57,236 nucleotides of DNA from Octopus bimaculoides (lineage: Eukaryota), in the NCBI RefSeq assembly GCF_001194135.2, contig NC_068981.1, positions 79,653,856 to 79,711,091 on the forward strand, in the 5' to 3' direction. The position numbers and the translations under genes are program-made. A model generated the notes under the pieces. It worked only from the letters and a program-made list of their open reading frames with translations. It searched no databases and was not told the origin of the DNA. Below, piece after piece: positions 37,901 to 48,884 of the stretch. Every line of letters starts with the position of its first letter. Within the stretch, counting starts at the first letter, position 1.

Positions 37901-40585
37901 GTCAGAACTGCCGGTGGTACAAAAGTTGTACTGATTTAGTTGAACTGTTAAATTAGATATATTTCAATAAAATTAATTCTCCTCACTTTTGGCAATTAAT
38001 ATAATAAAGGAATGATTATTATTTTGTTAAAGCATTGAGTTGGCAGAACTGTTAGAAGTGTCAGACAAAATGCTTAGTGGTATAACTTCTTGCTCATTAC
38101 ATTCTGAGCTCAAATACTACCACGGTCATCCTTTCAGGGTTGATAAAATAAGAACCAGTCAAGTACTGGGGTTTATATAATTGATTATCTTGCTCTCCCT
38201 AAAATTGCTGGACTTCGTGCCAAAATTTCAACCTGTTATTAATATTTAGATTTTTGTTCTTCCCTTCATATTAGTAAATTTTATACTAAAGCAAAATTTA
38301 CTTTCTGATCATTTTCAGCGAAAACTTAGATTTACAAGGAAAAGAACCCGGTAAGTAAAAACATGTGTTGTTTGTTTATTTGAGCTGCTATCATTGATGT
38401 CACATGTATTTATTTATTTGTATTGGAGTTTCAATCACTGAACTCAATATTTTCCCATTTTCATTTGCAGGCGGAAAATATGATATTTTCTATTTAATTA
38501 GAAGGAAACTGGCAGCTGTTTTTTGCATGAAGCATTTCCTAAAAGAAATAACAGGTAAGGCTTAGAGTTATGCTATTTTAAATTACATATTGGGACCAGT
38601 AGTTTGAGTAGCTATATTTTTAATTTTTATAGAATAATGTTGATCAGTTTCTCACCACAAGACCAAAATCTTTCATATTCATCTTCAGACTTAATGAAAA
38701 TCCTCAGATAATATTATGAATAAGTTCCAGTCATCTGCTAAGTTTTTATCATTTTAACGTCCACTTTTCCATGCTTGCATGGGTTGGACAGTTTATTTAT
38801 TGAGGCAGATTTTCTACAGCTGTCTCCAACCGTCATCTGTTTACAAACAAGTTAGTATTTCACTCTGGCCAGACAAAGTTCTTACAAATTACTAGAAATG
38901 AATGACACTGCTTGTAAGGCAGTGACACTTATCTACAATTATCACACTATGTCAAAATGAGATACAAACTTACATACACATACATATACGTATGCGACTG
39001 GTTTCTTAGTTTCCATCTACCAAGTCCACTCACAAGGCTTTGGTCAGCTGGGAGCTCTAAGTTGAACATGTGGTTGGAAAATGAACTTCTTACATCACAG
39101 CCCTCCTCTCATTTTCATACAACATAAAAGCAGCTTACACATTTATAGAGTAAATATAGCGAAACATTTTAGCATGCCAGAATAAATACTTAACCGTATT
39201 TATCCACCACTAACATTCTTTGTTCAAGTGTTACTAGAGTCATCATGTCATTTCAGTTGACCAATCTTCTCTCTTGTAAATTTGTAACCATTTGCCCATA
39301 TCGGAAATTGTAATGGTGGAGTCAGTAAAACTTTGGACAAAATATATTGTAATATTCACTTGTGCTTAGTTATGGTTGTCTCCACCTTTCATCCTTTTGA
39401 AGATTGATGAAAATTACTTCTGTACAAATATGTGGTTTGCTGACAAAGCTGGAAATTAATGTTACTATTATTAAATACAGAGGTGATGGCAGAATAATAT
39501 AGTGCCAGACAAAATCCCTTCTGGTAAATGTCATTTTATATCTGTCCTAAATTCAATCACACTATCTGTTCACATTTTAAAACCAGAGTGTTGATAGAAT
39601 ATGTACCGGTTAAATATAAATGCTCTTTCTGATGAACTTCTGATTTTGTATTTAAATTAGAAATCATTATTATATTTTTTGCCAGAGGTAACTGTGTTGT
39701 TAATCTCTACAGATTCAGTAAAAATAATAATTTAGTTGTGTTATGAATAATTATATATTCCCTTCCTTTATAAATATAAGAAAAATCATTATTATTGTGA
39801 AGGTTGAAGAGTTCAAACAATAGCTAGACATCAGGTGTTTCAGTGTTTAACTATTTAATTTTTTATTTCTTTATACTCCTAAGTTCCAATGTTTCTAGAA
39901 TTGTCAGAATATATGCCCTTCATGAATTGGGATTGATTGAATTAATTGTACCTCAATATCTGCAGACTTAAGAAAAATCATTATTAAGGCGAGTGGATGC
40001 CTGACATAGGCCTTATAGTATTTAATTACGTCCCTTTAAGAGGCAAGTAGTAGAAGCAGGATATGAATCCTTACTGCTTTTTCTGAGATCAAACTCCGCC
40101 AACGTTGACTCTGCCTTTCATCCTTTCAGGGTCGATTAAATAAGCACCAGTTACACACTGGGGTCGATCTAATCGACTTAAACCCTTTGTTTGTCCTCTT
40201 TATGTTTAGCCCCCTGTGGACAATAAAGAAATAAATATGTAGTTAACTCTCATGGGTTGGACAATTTGACTGAGGACTGGTGGACCAGGAGGCGACACCA
40301 GGCTCCAATCTGATCTAGCAGAGTTTCTACAGCTGGATGCCCTTCCTAATGCCAACCACTCCGAGAGTGTAGTGGGTGCTTTTACGTGCGTTAGTTTGCA
40401 CCAATCTGGTAGGGTTGATAAATTAAACTCCAGTGAATTTCTAGGGTCAATTTAATCACTATATTTCATCAAAATTTGTGCTTTTGTACCATTATTAAAA
40501 TGATTGTTGTTTTGTTTCTTTTTTTATTTTATTTCTAGGTTTATCTTTGACTGCAGCATCTCTGATCAATCACAGTATTACTTGA
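12662..40585 (+). CDS. TADA2B: Transcriptional adapter 2-beta (Ada2b), multi-exon gene span; 5' start and 3' exons uncertain
   Basis: Phase-consistent AG/GT(GC)-bounded exons join into a ZZ finger ([26 protein letters not shown]), a SANT domain ([28 protein letters not shown]) and Ada2b-type [14 protein letters not shown], [14 protein letters not shown] and [15 protein letters not shown]. These motifs fit Ada2b better than Ada2a. Confidence 0.93.
14960..15085. repeat. (TA)n/(CA)n microsatellite
   Basis: Directly visible. Confidence 0.97.
16711..16770 (+). CDS. TADA2B: TADA2B exon 2 (ZZ C-half)
   Basis: aacag|[20 protein letters not shown]|gtgagt, 60 nt, phase 0-0. Confidence 0.95.
19622..19686. 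repeat. Perfect 30-bp tandem duplication
   Basis: tattttaagtatgcttccagttgtgtatta x2 plus tattt. Confidence 0.95.
20389..20790. mobile_element. 402-bp MITE with 71-bp TIRs, TGT..ACA ends and 5-bp TSD ctatt (Ginger-like)
   Basis: Arms 20389-20459 and 20720-20790 match at 67/71 positions; ctatt at 20384-20388 and 20791-20795. Confidence 0.85.
21495..21592 (+). CDS. TADA2B: TADA2B exon 3 (SANT)
   Basis: ttttgcag|[32 protein letters not shown](W)|gtgagt, phase 0-2. Confidence 0.96.
22207..22247 (+). CDS. TADA2B: TADA2B exon 4 (SANT)
   Basis: ttgcag|(W)[13 protein letters not shown](E)|gtaagc, phase 2-1. Confidence 0.95.
23932..23982 (+). CDS. TADA2B: TADA2B exon 5 (SANT end)
   Basis: ttttcag|(E)[16 protein letters not shown]|gtaatt, phase 1-1. 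Confidence 0.93.
25424..25477 (+). CDS. TADA2B: TADA2B exon 6 (linker)
   Basis: ttttacag|(A)[17 protein letters not shown]|gtttgt, 54 nt, phase 1-1. Confidence 0.8.
25762..25815 (+). CDS. TADA2B: TADA2B exon 7 (linker)
   Basis: ttttccag|(E)[17 protein letters not shown]|gtaaat, 54 nt, phase 1-1; no homology support. Confidence 0.7.
26026..26217 (-). mobile_element. SINE family B with (ATG)n 3' tail
   Basis: (cat)n cgtttaacgtccgctttccatgctagcatggg... recurring at 31938, 40246, 44088, 55822, 57211. Confidence 0.88.
26902..26961 (+). CDS. TADA2B: TADA2B exon 8 (linker)
   Basis: cttttatag|(E)[19 protein letters not shown]|gtgggt, 60 nt, phase 1-1. Confidence 0.75.
27132..27465 (+). mobile_element. 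SINE family A, near full length, in a TADA2B intron
   Basis: gtggtaagtagcttgc head, gggttcagtcc B-box, tail gactgaaacaaataaaagag. Confidence 0.9.
27520..27596 (+). CDS. TADA2B: TADA2B exon 9
   Basis: catgtag|(D)[25 protein letters not shown]|gtaagt, phase 1-0; RDDF motif. Confidence 0.88.
27971..29206 (-). mobile_element. piggyBac-like DNA transposon, internally deleted, ends intact
   Basis: TTAA|CCCTTTCGTTACTA ... TAGTAACGAAAGGG|TTAA (14-bp perfect TIR, TTAA TSDs at 27967 and 29207); contains N gap 28334-28829. Confidence 0.93.
28150..28936 (-). pseudogene. piggyBac transposase 5' fragment
   Basis: [18 protein letters not shown]...gap...[24 protein letters not shown], then frameshift to [16 protein letters not shown]. 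Confidence 0.85.
29335..29490. repeat. (TA/TG)n microsatellite
   Basis: Directly visible. Confidence 0.97.
30149..30221 (+). CDS. TADA2B: TADA2B exon 10
   Basis: ttttatag|[24 protein letters not shown]|gtaaga, phase 0-1. Confidence 0.93.
31089..31242 (+). CDS. TADA2B: TADA2B exon 11
   Basis: ttttacag|(A)[30 protein letters not shown]...KKKTTKLD(R)|gtaaat, phase 1-2. Confidence 0.95.
31938..32114 (-). mobile_element. SINE family B copy
   Basis: Body nearly identical to 26026-26217. Confidence 0.88.
32773..32852 (+). CDS. TADA2B: TADA2B exon 12
   Basis: ttgaag|(R)[26 protein letters not shown]|gtaagt, phase 2-1. Confidence 0.93.
33534..33605 (+). CDS. TADA2B: TADA2B exon 13
   Basis: ttttaaag|(R)[23 protein letters not shown]|gttagt, phase 1-1. 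Confidence 0.94.
34467..34531 (+). CDS. TADA2B: TADA2B exon 14 (basic helix)
   Basis: ttttgcag|(E)[21 protein letters not shown]|gtgagt, phase 1-0. Confidence 0.88.
34636..34649 (+). CDS. TADA2B: Candidate TADA2B microexon (14 nt, or 11 nt via NAGNAG)
   Basis: gtttttatag|CAG AGT AAA AAC AG|gtattt, phase 0-2; restores frame together with 34841-34892. Confidence 0.45.
34841..34892 (+). CDS. TADA2B: Candidate TADA2B exon containing an in-frame TAG at 34863-34865
   Basis: Long pyrimidine tract, ttctag|, purine-rich body [16 protein letters not shown], weak donor TTG|gtagca. Confidence 0.45.
36119..36335 (+). mobile_element. piggyBac-type MITE
   Basis: TTAA|cctttTAGCAT ... ATGCTAAATAG|TTAA; related copy at 48912-49113. 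Confidence 0.65.
36806..36855 (+). CDS. TADA2B: Probable TADA2B 3' exon
   Basis: ttttgtctag|[16 protein letters not shown](N)|gtaagc, phase 0-2. Confidence 0.7.
38319..38350 (+). CDS. TADA2B: Probable TADA2B 3' exon
   Basis: attttcag|(N)[10 protein letters not shown](G)|gtaagt, phase 2-1. Confidence 0.7.
38471..38554 (+). CDS. TADA2B: Possible TADA2B 3' exon
   Basis: catttgcag|(G)[27 protein letters not shown]|gtaagg, phase 1-1. Confidence 0.6.
40075..40235 (+). mobile_element. SINE family C (core gcctttcatcctttcagggtcgat)
   Basis: Related fragments near 38090-38230 (+), 47695-47850 (-), 52270-52440 (-) and 10260-10325 (-). Confidence 0.75.
40246..40390 (-). mobile_element. SINE family B fragment
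   Basis: catgggttggacaatttgactgaggactgg...gggtgcttttacgtg. Confidence 0.85.
40539..40585 (+). CDS. TADA2B: Possible TADA2B terminal coding exon
   Basis: Strong pyrimidine tract, tttctag|(G)[14 protein letters not shown]; no homology support. Confidence 0.5.
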
Positions 40586-42271
40586 GTGATGATAGCCTCA
40601 TCGACTGAACTGTTCCTGATTCCTGAGATTGTTTTGTTGTTGTTCTTCTGCTACGGAGAAACCACCATTGTTGACTCTGAAGTGTTTCATTTCACTGTCT
40701 CATGGAACTGCAAAGCATTGCCATTGGTGTGTGATGGAGAGAATCAAACAGCAAACCTTTCTGCTGCACTGCTCAACTAGAAGTGTTGAAGGTGTAACAT
40801 AACAGGTCTGGTCAAGGTTAGCTCCACAGTGACAACTGGGAGTGTTAATAGTCTTCTGTTATATAACACAAGCCAGTTGAACTGAACTGGTGGGAGGGTA
40901 GAGTGCTCTTTCCCCACCATACACACTCACACACTCCCCACCTACAACACATCTGGATGTGCTGTTAAGACTGCTGTAACAGGTTTTTGCTTGAGCAAAG
41001 TCAAGCAGAACCATAGCTACTGTCACAGCAACTACCAACAATTATAGACAGTTTGCTGTGCTTGGTCTGTAACCACATATCAAACCTGATCAGACAGACC
41101 TATCATTGAAAACATTCCAGTTTTGAATATCTAGTCTTTATTTTAGATATAATGCATACAGTGTTATTTTATAAGTCCTTTATAGCAAGGTGTGATTTGA
41201 GGGGTGTTTGGTTGTTAAATCTAACAGCTTACACATTTATATAGAAACTCTTTCATTGATTCACTAGTGCCACAAATCCCAAATTGTTTCATGTTTCCCA
41301 GGTGCTAAAAGTAATCTGTTTTCCTCTTTTGTTGATTCATTCTGTGTTATAATCTTCTTATCCAGATAGTCAACCACTGGAATCAACTAATCATTTATGA
41401 TTAGTATAGATTGAGGGCCTTGTGCATCAGGGTAATGTCAGGATGGAAGTACAAATGGGATGCTCATCATTTTGTTATGATCATCAATACTCTAAAGATA
41501 ATTGGAGGACCATAACTCTCTCAAGCTCCATGATTGCTCATCCTAAAATAAATCCAGATGTTATCTTTATATATTTGATGACATATCAATTTTCTGTGCT
41601 AATTTAAAGCTCCAACAGATAGAGTTTTAAATTAGAATATTGCTGTCCTGGCAACCTCTGAACCCAAGTTCATAACAATTTTGAAATTCTTTATTAAGAA
41701 CAGTCCTGGTTGAATGAGAGAAGTTCTAAACACACGTTTTGAGCCTGAAAGTTTAGGGACTCAAAATTGTAGCTATTCATAGATTTCCTTTGTTAATTGC
41801 TATAAATAAACCAAATCTTTGGTCTCTAACAATGACCACTCCACCTCAATCTATCCAACAAGACCTAGCAAAGAAGCGAGTAAGTTGGGTTGTAAGTCTA
41901 TTTTAATACTGCCAGCATATTTTCTTTGGAAGTGCATTGATTTGTCACCTCTTCAATAGCTCTTCCCTTATAACCCTAGCTGACTGACTTAGTCTTGGGT
42001 CTATGGTGACAGTCCACTTTTTGAACATAAGCTAGCCTATCATTTTGATGGAATGAAAACCTCATCCAAAATACGTTGAGTTGTTTCCCCTTTAGTGAAG
42101 TTACGCAGGTAAACTGAATACTGCCATGTCCTCAAGTGTTTGATTTTATGTAAGGCGTTGGAAATGTATCATTGCAATTTGAAATTTGAAATTTTCTATA
42201 ACCCAAAACCTAGGGACATTATCATTGAGTAATCGAATTGTCATGTCATCATATTTGATATTATTGTTACT

Positions 42272-42273
<2 letters not shown>

Positions 42274-42323
<50 letters not shown>
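42274..42323. repeat. Poly-T tract (about 50 nt)
   Basis: Directly visible. Confidence 0.97.
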
Positions 42324-42324
<1 letters not shown>

Positions 42325-45300
42325 GCAGGTGGTTTCTCTCTCACACATCAAAATTGTCATTAGAGATACTTATCAAGTCTAACAAGGGCTACCACCCCCA
42401 GCCATTCAGTAAACAACTTGGAGCCTTTTCTTTAGTGATATACCTGCTGGAAGTAGCAGTCATATTTCTTTCAAATCATACCCTACTGTCTTTTAAAAAA
42501 AAAAAAAAAACCAAGGGACACATTAGATAATGTGTAGTCCTAGATACACTATTCTTGGGGCGGGTGGAGGGGAATTAGGTTTTCAAACCTGGAGAGTCTT
42601 TGATCATAGGTCAACTCAGTCAGGGCTGATTGAAGGCTACACATAACAGGTACAAGTGCTGTCTGCTGGACCAAGGGGCCACTGCCATAACAACAAACAA
42701 CTGGATGTACTGTGACAGTCTGCTATAACTACTTATCTGTTTGGTGGTGAGCTGTCGTACTCCCCTCTTTCTTGCATGGTTCTGTCGGGGCTATGCCACA
42801 ACAACAACCGAACATGTTAACAAGAGACTCAAATATTGCTCTCAACCCCACCTCACTTCTCTTCCATCCCTCTTCTCACTTCTTTTTATCTCCTGTTTTC
42901 CTCCTTTTTTTTCCATATATAGATATATATATATACTTTAGTTATTGTCTTTATTACTACCTGACTGTTTCTCCTTTTCTCTCTTTTTATTTTACTTTCA
43001 ACTCTGTTTTCTCTTTGTGTTTGTATACCCACTTCTTTGTCCCATCTCTCTTCCCCTCACTCTTTGTCCCATCTCTCTTCCACTTTTTTTTTACTGCCCT
43101 CTCTTTCTCATAACAGTTACTGCTGTTGGTTGTGACTTTTAAAACTTTCTGGAGACACTGTGGAAATTTTGGATAAACCAATGTACATAAATTATTTACT
43201 TCAGTGAAGTTACCACTTGATGGGTGAAAGCCTGTTAGTCTGACATAGTGTATGTACCACACAATGAATGTTAGTGTATGTAAGCATTGATGTAAATTTA
43301 GGAGAGTGTGTAATATAGTTTTCATCTTTTCCTTTTTTCACATCACTCATTTATTGCTACTCACAAGCAATAACTTTATTTATTGACTTAACTCTTTATA
43401 AACTGCAAATTTATATCTGTTGCAAAAGCTGTTACTTTATAAGGCTTTCAATTAAAACCACAAGTTATTACAAAAAAAATTCAATAAAATAAAAATAACA
43501 ACTACAACAACAAAAAATGCAAGGTCTTTTAATAACTATATCTGAGTGACTTCATCCTTGTTATTCTTTTGTTTGTCCATGTCACTATTTCTTTTTTTCT
43601 TTCTTTTCCAGTTTGTTTCTATGCTAGCATGGGTTAGACAAAACTTGTTGAAGAAGATTTTTCTATTGCTGCATATACTTCGTTCATCAATCTTCACTTA
43701 TTCAAATGAGATATATTCATACCATTGGTATTCACACACACTGAGACCAATGATACCTTGGAATCTACTGGACTGTTGTTTACTGAAGAATGTAAACATC
43801 ACCAATTTTAGCTCAAGTGGCATTAATGAAAGAACATGGAAACAACATTAACACACGTGTGTGTATGTATTTATCATCATCATTTAATGTCTTTTCCATG
43901 CTGGCATGGATTAGCAGTTTGACTGGAGCTGGTAAGCCAGAGAGCTGCACCAGGCTCCAGTCTGTTTTAATTTGATTTCTGCCATGAGCTGCTCTTTTTT
44001 TTTTTTTAATATCCAGCCTACATCATCTTATATTGATACTGCAATAGCTACATTGGCCAATGGAGAAGCCTCTGTGTGGTCACTCATCATCATTTAACAT
44101 CCACTTTCCATTCTGGCATCATGGGTTGGAAGGTTTGACCAGAGCTGGTCATGGACCACACCATGCTTCATTGTCTGTTCTGGCATGGTGTCTACAATTG
44201 CATGCCCTTCCTAATACCAAACACCTCACAGAGTGTATTGGGTGCTTTTTTTGTGGCACCAACGAGTCTTGAGTACAGTAATGCGCCAGATATCTTAGTC
44301 ATAAGGCTTAATGTCTTGAGATTGTCCTTCAATACTTCATCTCATGTCTTCCCTCTGTGAGAAATAACAGTTAAATCCCATGCTTGATCTGGAATTAAAA
44401 AGCAACATCTGCTGCTTTCTCTGTTCAATTTATTGCTCAATTTCTCTTGGAAATTAACCTTACTTATCAAATTATTTTGTACTCAATGGGAACAGTTTTG
44501 GAATTTTAAATTCAACATGCAGAAATATGTAGTGTATTCTGTTGAATGTGTTAAAAGTAGCACTGATTCATGGATTATGCTTGGCACCAGCTTGAAGGGT
44601 TTAATCAAATCCACCCTAGTACATACAATCTGATACATACTGTATTTCAATAACAAGGAAGTAAACAAACCAACACCAAGTGGTAGTGGGATACAGACAT
44701 GAACACACACAATGGACTTATGAACAGTTTCCGGCTGTCAAATTCACTCATAGGCATTGGTTAATCAGGGGTTATAGAAGATGCTCAAGTTGCCAAACAG
44801 TGGGACTGAATCTACACGGTTGCAAAGCAAGCTTCTTCACCACACAACCATGCCTGTACTTATTTCATTTCGATTCATCAATGGAAGGTTGTCTAAAAAC
44901 TCTATCAAGACATTTGCATGTAAATAAAGGTACTTAACCATGTATTTAGATTTGTGTTTGAGTTGGAATGACTTAGTACCAAGTAGTGAATCCTTGACAC
45001 AAAACAAAACAACCACAGATTATGTTTCTAATGATTGATACCAGATAAAGATTCTAGATCCAACTTAATGCTACTAAATAATAAAAAAGTTGATGAACTT
45101 CAGGCACAAATGCAAAGGATTCAATAATGATATGTACTTCCAGCTGGCATAAAACCTCCACAGAAAGAGATTGGGTTTGAATGCTGATGATCTGACACTC
45201 AACTGGTTTTGGCACTGGAGGCAAACACATGCACATTCATGTGCAGAGAGATTACACGTGCACACACATAAACCAAGGGAGAGAAACATTAAATCAACAA

Positions 45301-45491
45301 AGACAAAAATGGATGTGACAAAACGTCTCATACCTATCCACACTCTCATAATGGGTAATCCTTGTATATTTTTCATTACTAAATGTATATGAATGTTACA
45401 CTGCTACTAAATGCCATGTCCAAATGTTTAGTTATCAAATAAACCCAACTAATCAGATAGTTAAAATTAGCAACATTAATATCTTCTAGAG

Positions 45492-45665
45492 CAGTGATTC
45501 GCAACATTTTTTTATCTATGGACCCCTTTGATTCTTATTTTACCCAGTGGGTGGGACCTTCATAGCCATTCAATATCTAAAAGGTATTATTATATTTTTA
45601 TGATTAAATATTAGGAAATGTATTTAAATATTCGGTAGAAATATAACCAGTTGCACAAACCCCTG
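45492..45665. mobile_element. Degenerate hAT-type MITE
   Basis: CAGTGATTCGCAAC...GTTGCACAAACCCCTG ends; flanks ttctagag/ttctggac resemble an 8-bp TSD. Confidence 0.5.
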
Positions 45666-48369
45666 TTCTGGACTAATAGATGTAATTCCTAATTAGAAAG
45701 TCTTTGTTTTTGTATATCATAAATGCTCGTCTTAATTTACATTTTTACATAATAGCACGGATTCGAGAGGGATTACCAAATCCACTTGCTGCACTTTTGT
45801 ATATATATATATGTATACTTTTAAGTTTATTTATGAGGAAATTTATATAAAAGCTTTTATTTTATTATGCTAGCTATGCTATAGCCTAATGATATTGCCT
45901 GAAGAAATGAACACATAAGTATGATCTACCTAATATCCATGGAATGTATAGTAATCCCAGGAATACAGACTGATTTTAAGAAATGTGTGTAGCAATGCAT
46001 TAAAATAAAAATTCCATCCATTATTATTATTATTATTACTACATATATACACACTCACATATATATTAATTGGTCAAGGGGTCCAGACAAAGATCACACA
46101 TTAAAACAAAGCACTGGTATTGTATTGGGCCCCATTGCATCAAAATAAAGTTAATATTCAAGATTGCATCAATACCATGTAGAGTCTGAAAAGAAATTGG
46201 AGGAGATTCTTCATGAAAAAGGTACAAGAATTCATAAGTGGTAGAAATTTATTCGGCTGTAAAAATGATCCATATTTCATACTCTTGTAATACCAACTTG
46301 ACATTTCATGAATTTGAAGATAATCATGTTAAAAGGATGACAGAATTTGATCCTGTAAATTTGTTGTTAACAATACTAATCATCAATATTTAAAAATTGA
46401 TAAATTACTACAACCACCTGAATATCAACTGCTAGACTAAGGTACCTGCAGAGCAATAGGTACTTCACTGTTGCTTTTGAAGTAAATATTCACTGCCATA
46501 AGATAATATAAGTTAAATTCTGCTACTGTTACTACTACAACATGATTTCTACAAGAGAGGGGGACACGATTGAGCAACTTCAGTAAATAACTTGTATTTA
46601 TTTAAGCAAACCCAGTCTATCCTCGCAGAATCTAAACTCCTAATGTAACAGAATGGAAATAAGTACTGCAATGCTTTTAAAACATCTGGAATAAATAAAT
46701 AAAAACAGTTTCACACATGGCAAGCATTGCTCAGATATGCAAACTTTGAAATTAGAAAATGGAGAGCATATTTTTAGAAACCTGTTACAATAATACTCCA
46801 GCCAAGCTATGAATGTATATTCAGTAAATACTTACCACCAATGTATTTATACAATTTCCCCATTTCAAGTTCTTTGCGCTATTTATTAACATAGTATCAC
46901 ATCATTTACACGTAATTTGTTTGTTTTTCCTTAGCTTTTTTTCATTGCATTCAAAGTATGTTGCTAAGTAATCAGTATTTAGTACTCGAAGCATGTCTTA
47001 CATAATCAGTCTTATAAGGGAAATAGTTTCAAGGAAATATGAAAAACACAAAATTAGGATGTAATGAAGACAAATTAACAACTAGGTTTATATGGAAATG
47101 TATTAAAAATTATAAATATTCTTTATTGACAAATAAAAAAAAGACCTGAAAAATGTATAGAAACTGGTGAATTAAGACATCCAATCAAAATGTTAAGAAA
47201 AACATGAGCAAAAGTTTCTGTTAAGTTTCTTGACATAATTCTTTATAGTTAGCTTCTTTTTTTGTTGTAGATATTATAAGCAATCTTAAAGTTGCAGTAA
47301 GCCAGATTCCAAATCAGTTTTTCGTTACCAGTTGGACATTCTTTGCTAATATCAATAATGTCCTTAGGAAAGACATGGACTATTGCTCATACCTGAGAAA
47401 CGAATCGTTTTTGTTTCTGTAGCTATTGTCTATCAAAGTTAGCTTGAAGCTTCTGCTCATATCGATATGTAAGATTATAAGTAGATGTTTAGAAGTAAAA
47501 AAATAAATAAAACATATATAAAAATATCACTTTGGTATAAGTTAAGCACAACCATATATATATAATGTTAGATGTATAAATGCAAAATAAAAATCGAAGT
47601 GAAAGATGAGAGGTATATAAAAAATGACTTTCCCTCCTTAGTCAAATAATGATTTATTAATAGGCATATGGCCACTCATTTAGGGTGAGGAATATAGTTG
47701 ATTACATTGGTCCAGTACTTGACCAGTTCTATTTATTGACCTTCAATAGGAGAAAAGTCGGTCAATCTCAGTGGGACTTTAACTCAGAATATTAAGGGTC
47801 GTAACCAAATATCAATGGGCTTTTTGCTTGATGGTCTACCAATTCTGATAATCCAATACCTTTCTACCATTTAATAATAAAAATTTTGGCCAAATATGAC
47901 AAGCTAAAAAGAAAATTAAATTAAACAATATTTAATACATTTTATGATCACCTGAACAACATAATGCTTACAATAAAAATTAGTTTCTGCAATAAAACAG
48001 TCATTAACTGCTTATGAGAAGGAATATTTTGTCTTTCGTTTGATACAATTTGATGAGTGTCGAGAACAAGAAAGTTGAGTCGTAATTATAGCTATTTCAC
48101 TTACATTGCTAATAGTTTCAAAAAAGACAATTCCTATTTATTCATAATTAATATTTTACACTTCCTCTGAAGTCAATAGGCTTATTTACTTCCGATTAAG
48201 GGAAAATCAATTAAGCAACTGTATTATTGCACTTCTGTGATATATAAACATTGATTGAATGATATCTATATTTCAATATTTTCTATTTAATAAACATGTT
48301 CACTCATACACTAGCTTCTATCATGTCACCAGTTTTTACTAGTATTATGTTCACATATACCACCAACAT

Positions 48370-48884
48370 TTACCAATATTCCAAGTCAGAGTCTCCTTCA
48401 TTTGCAAAAAATTCAGAATCATCACTTGAGCTGTCATAAGGTATTTGTTTTTCAAACAACAAACTTGTAGTATCAATGTAAAATGAAGAAAACAAAACCA
48501 ACATTCTGTGGAACAGAAGTTCAATTAGAAAGTTTAGTAGAGAGTTCTGAGGTAAGGAGAAATGAAAGAGAAATCTCTGCAGAAGTTTTTTGTCAAGAAT
48601 AGTGTTGATAAACTCTTCATAGATATCTCGATCGTAGATATCGGAAATATTTTCATACAAAGACCGTGCTTCTTGCTCCATTAGGAAAGCTATGTAGCTG
48701 ATATTATTGCAGAAAAACTCCTGGAAGATAACTCTAACAGCTAGTTGTTTCAGGGTAGCTGTAGTCTGGCCAAACAACATCTGAATCGATTGAATGGACA
48801 TGGGTATCCAGTTAATGAATTCTGGGAAAAAGTCTTTCAAATGATCCCCTAGTTCCTTTAAAATGTCGTCAGTTGCAAAATAAC
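48370..48884 (-). CDS. Ankyrin gene last coding exon (BC box, acidic tail)
   Basis: ttacttccag|(G)YFATDDILKELG...TATLKQLAVRVI...FSLPQNSLLNFL...DSDLEYW*, 515 nt, phase 1 entry. Confidence 0.88.

Noticed and set aside
40586-40780. 64-aa ORF right after the proposed stop
   Set aside because: It begins with GTG, has no acceptor and no homology; most likely 3' UTR.
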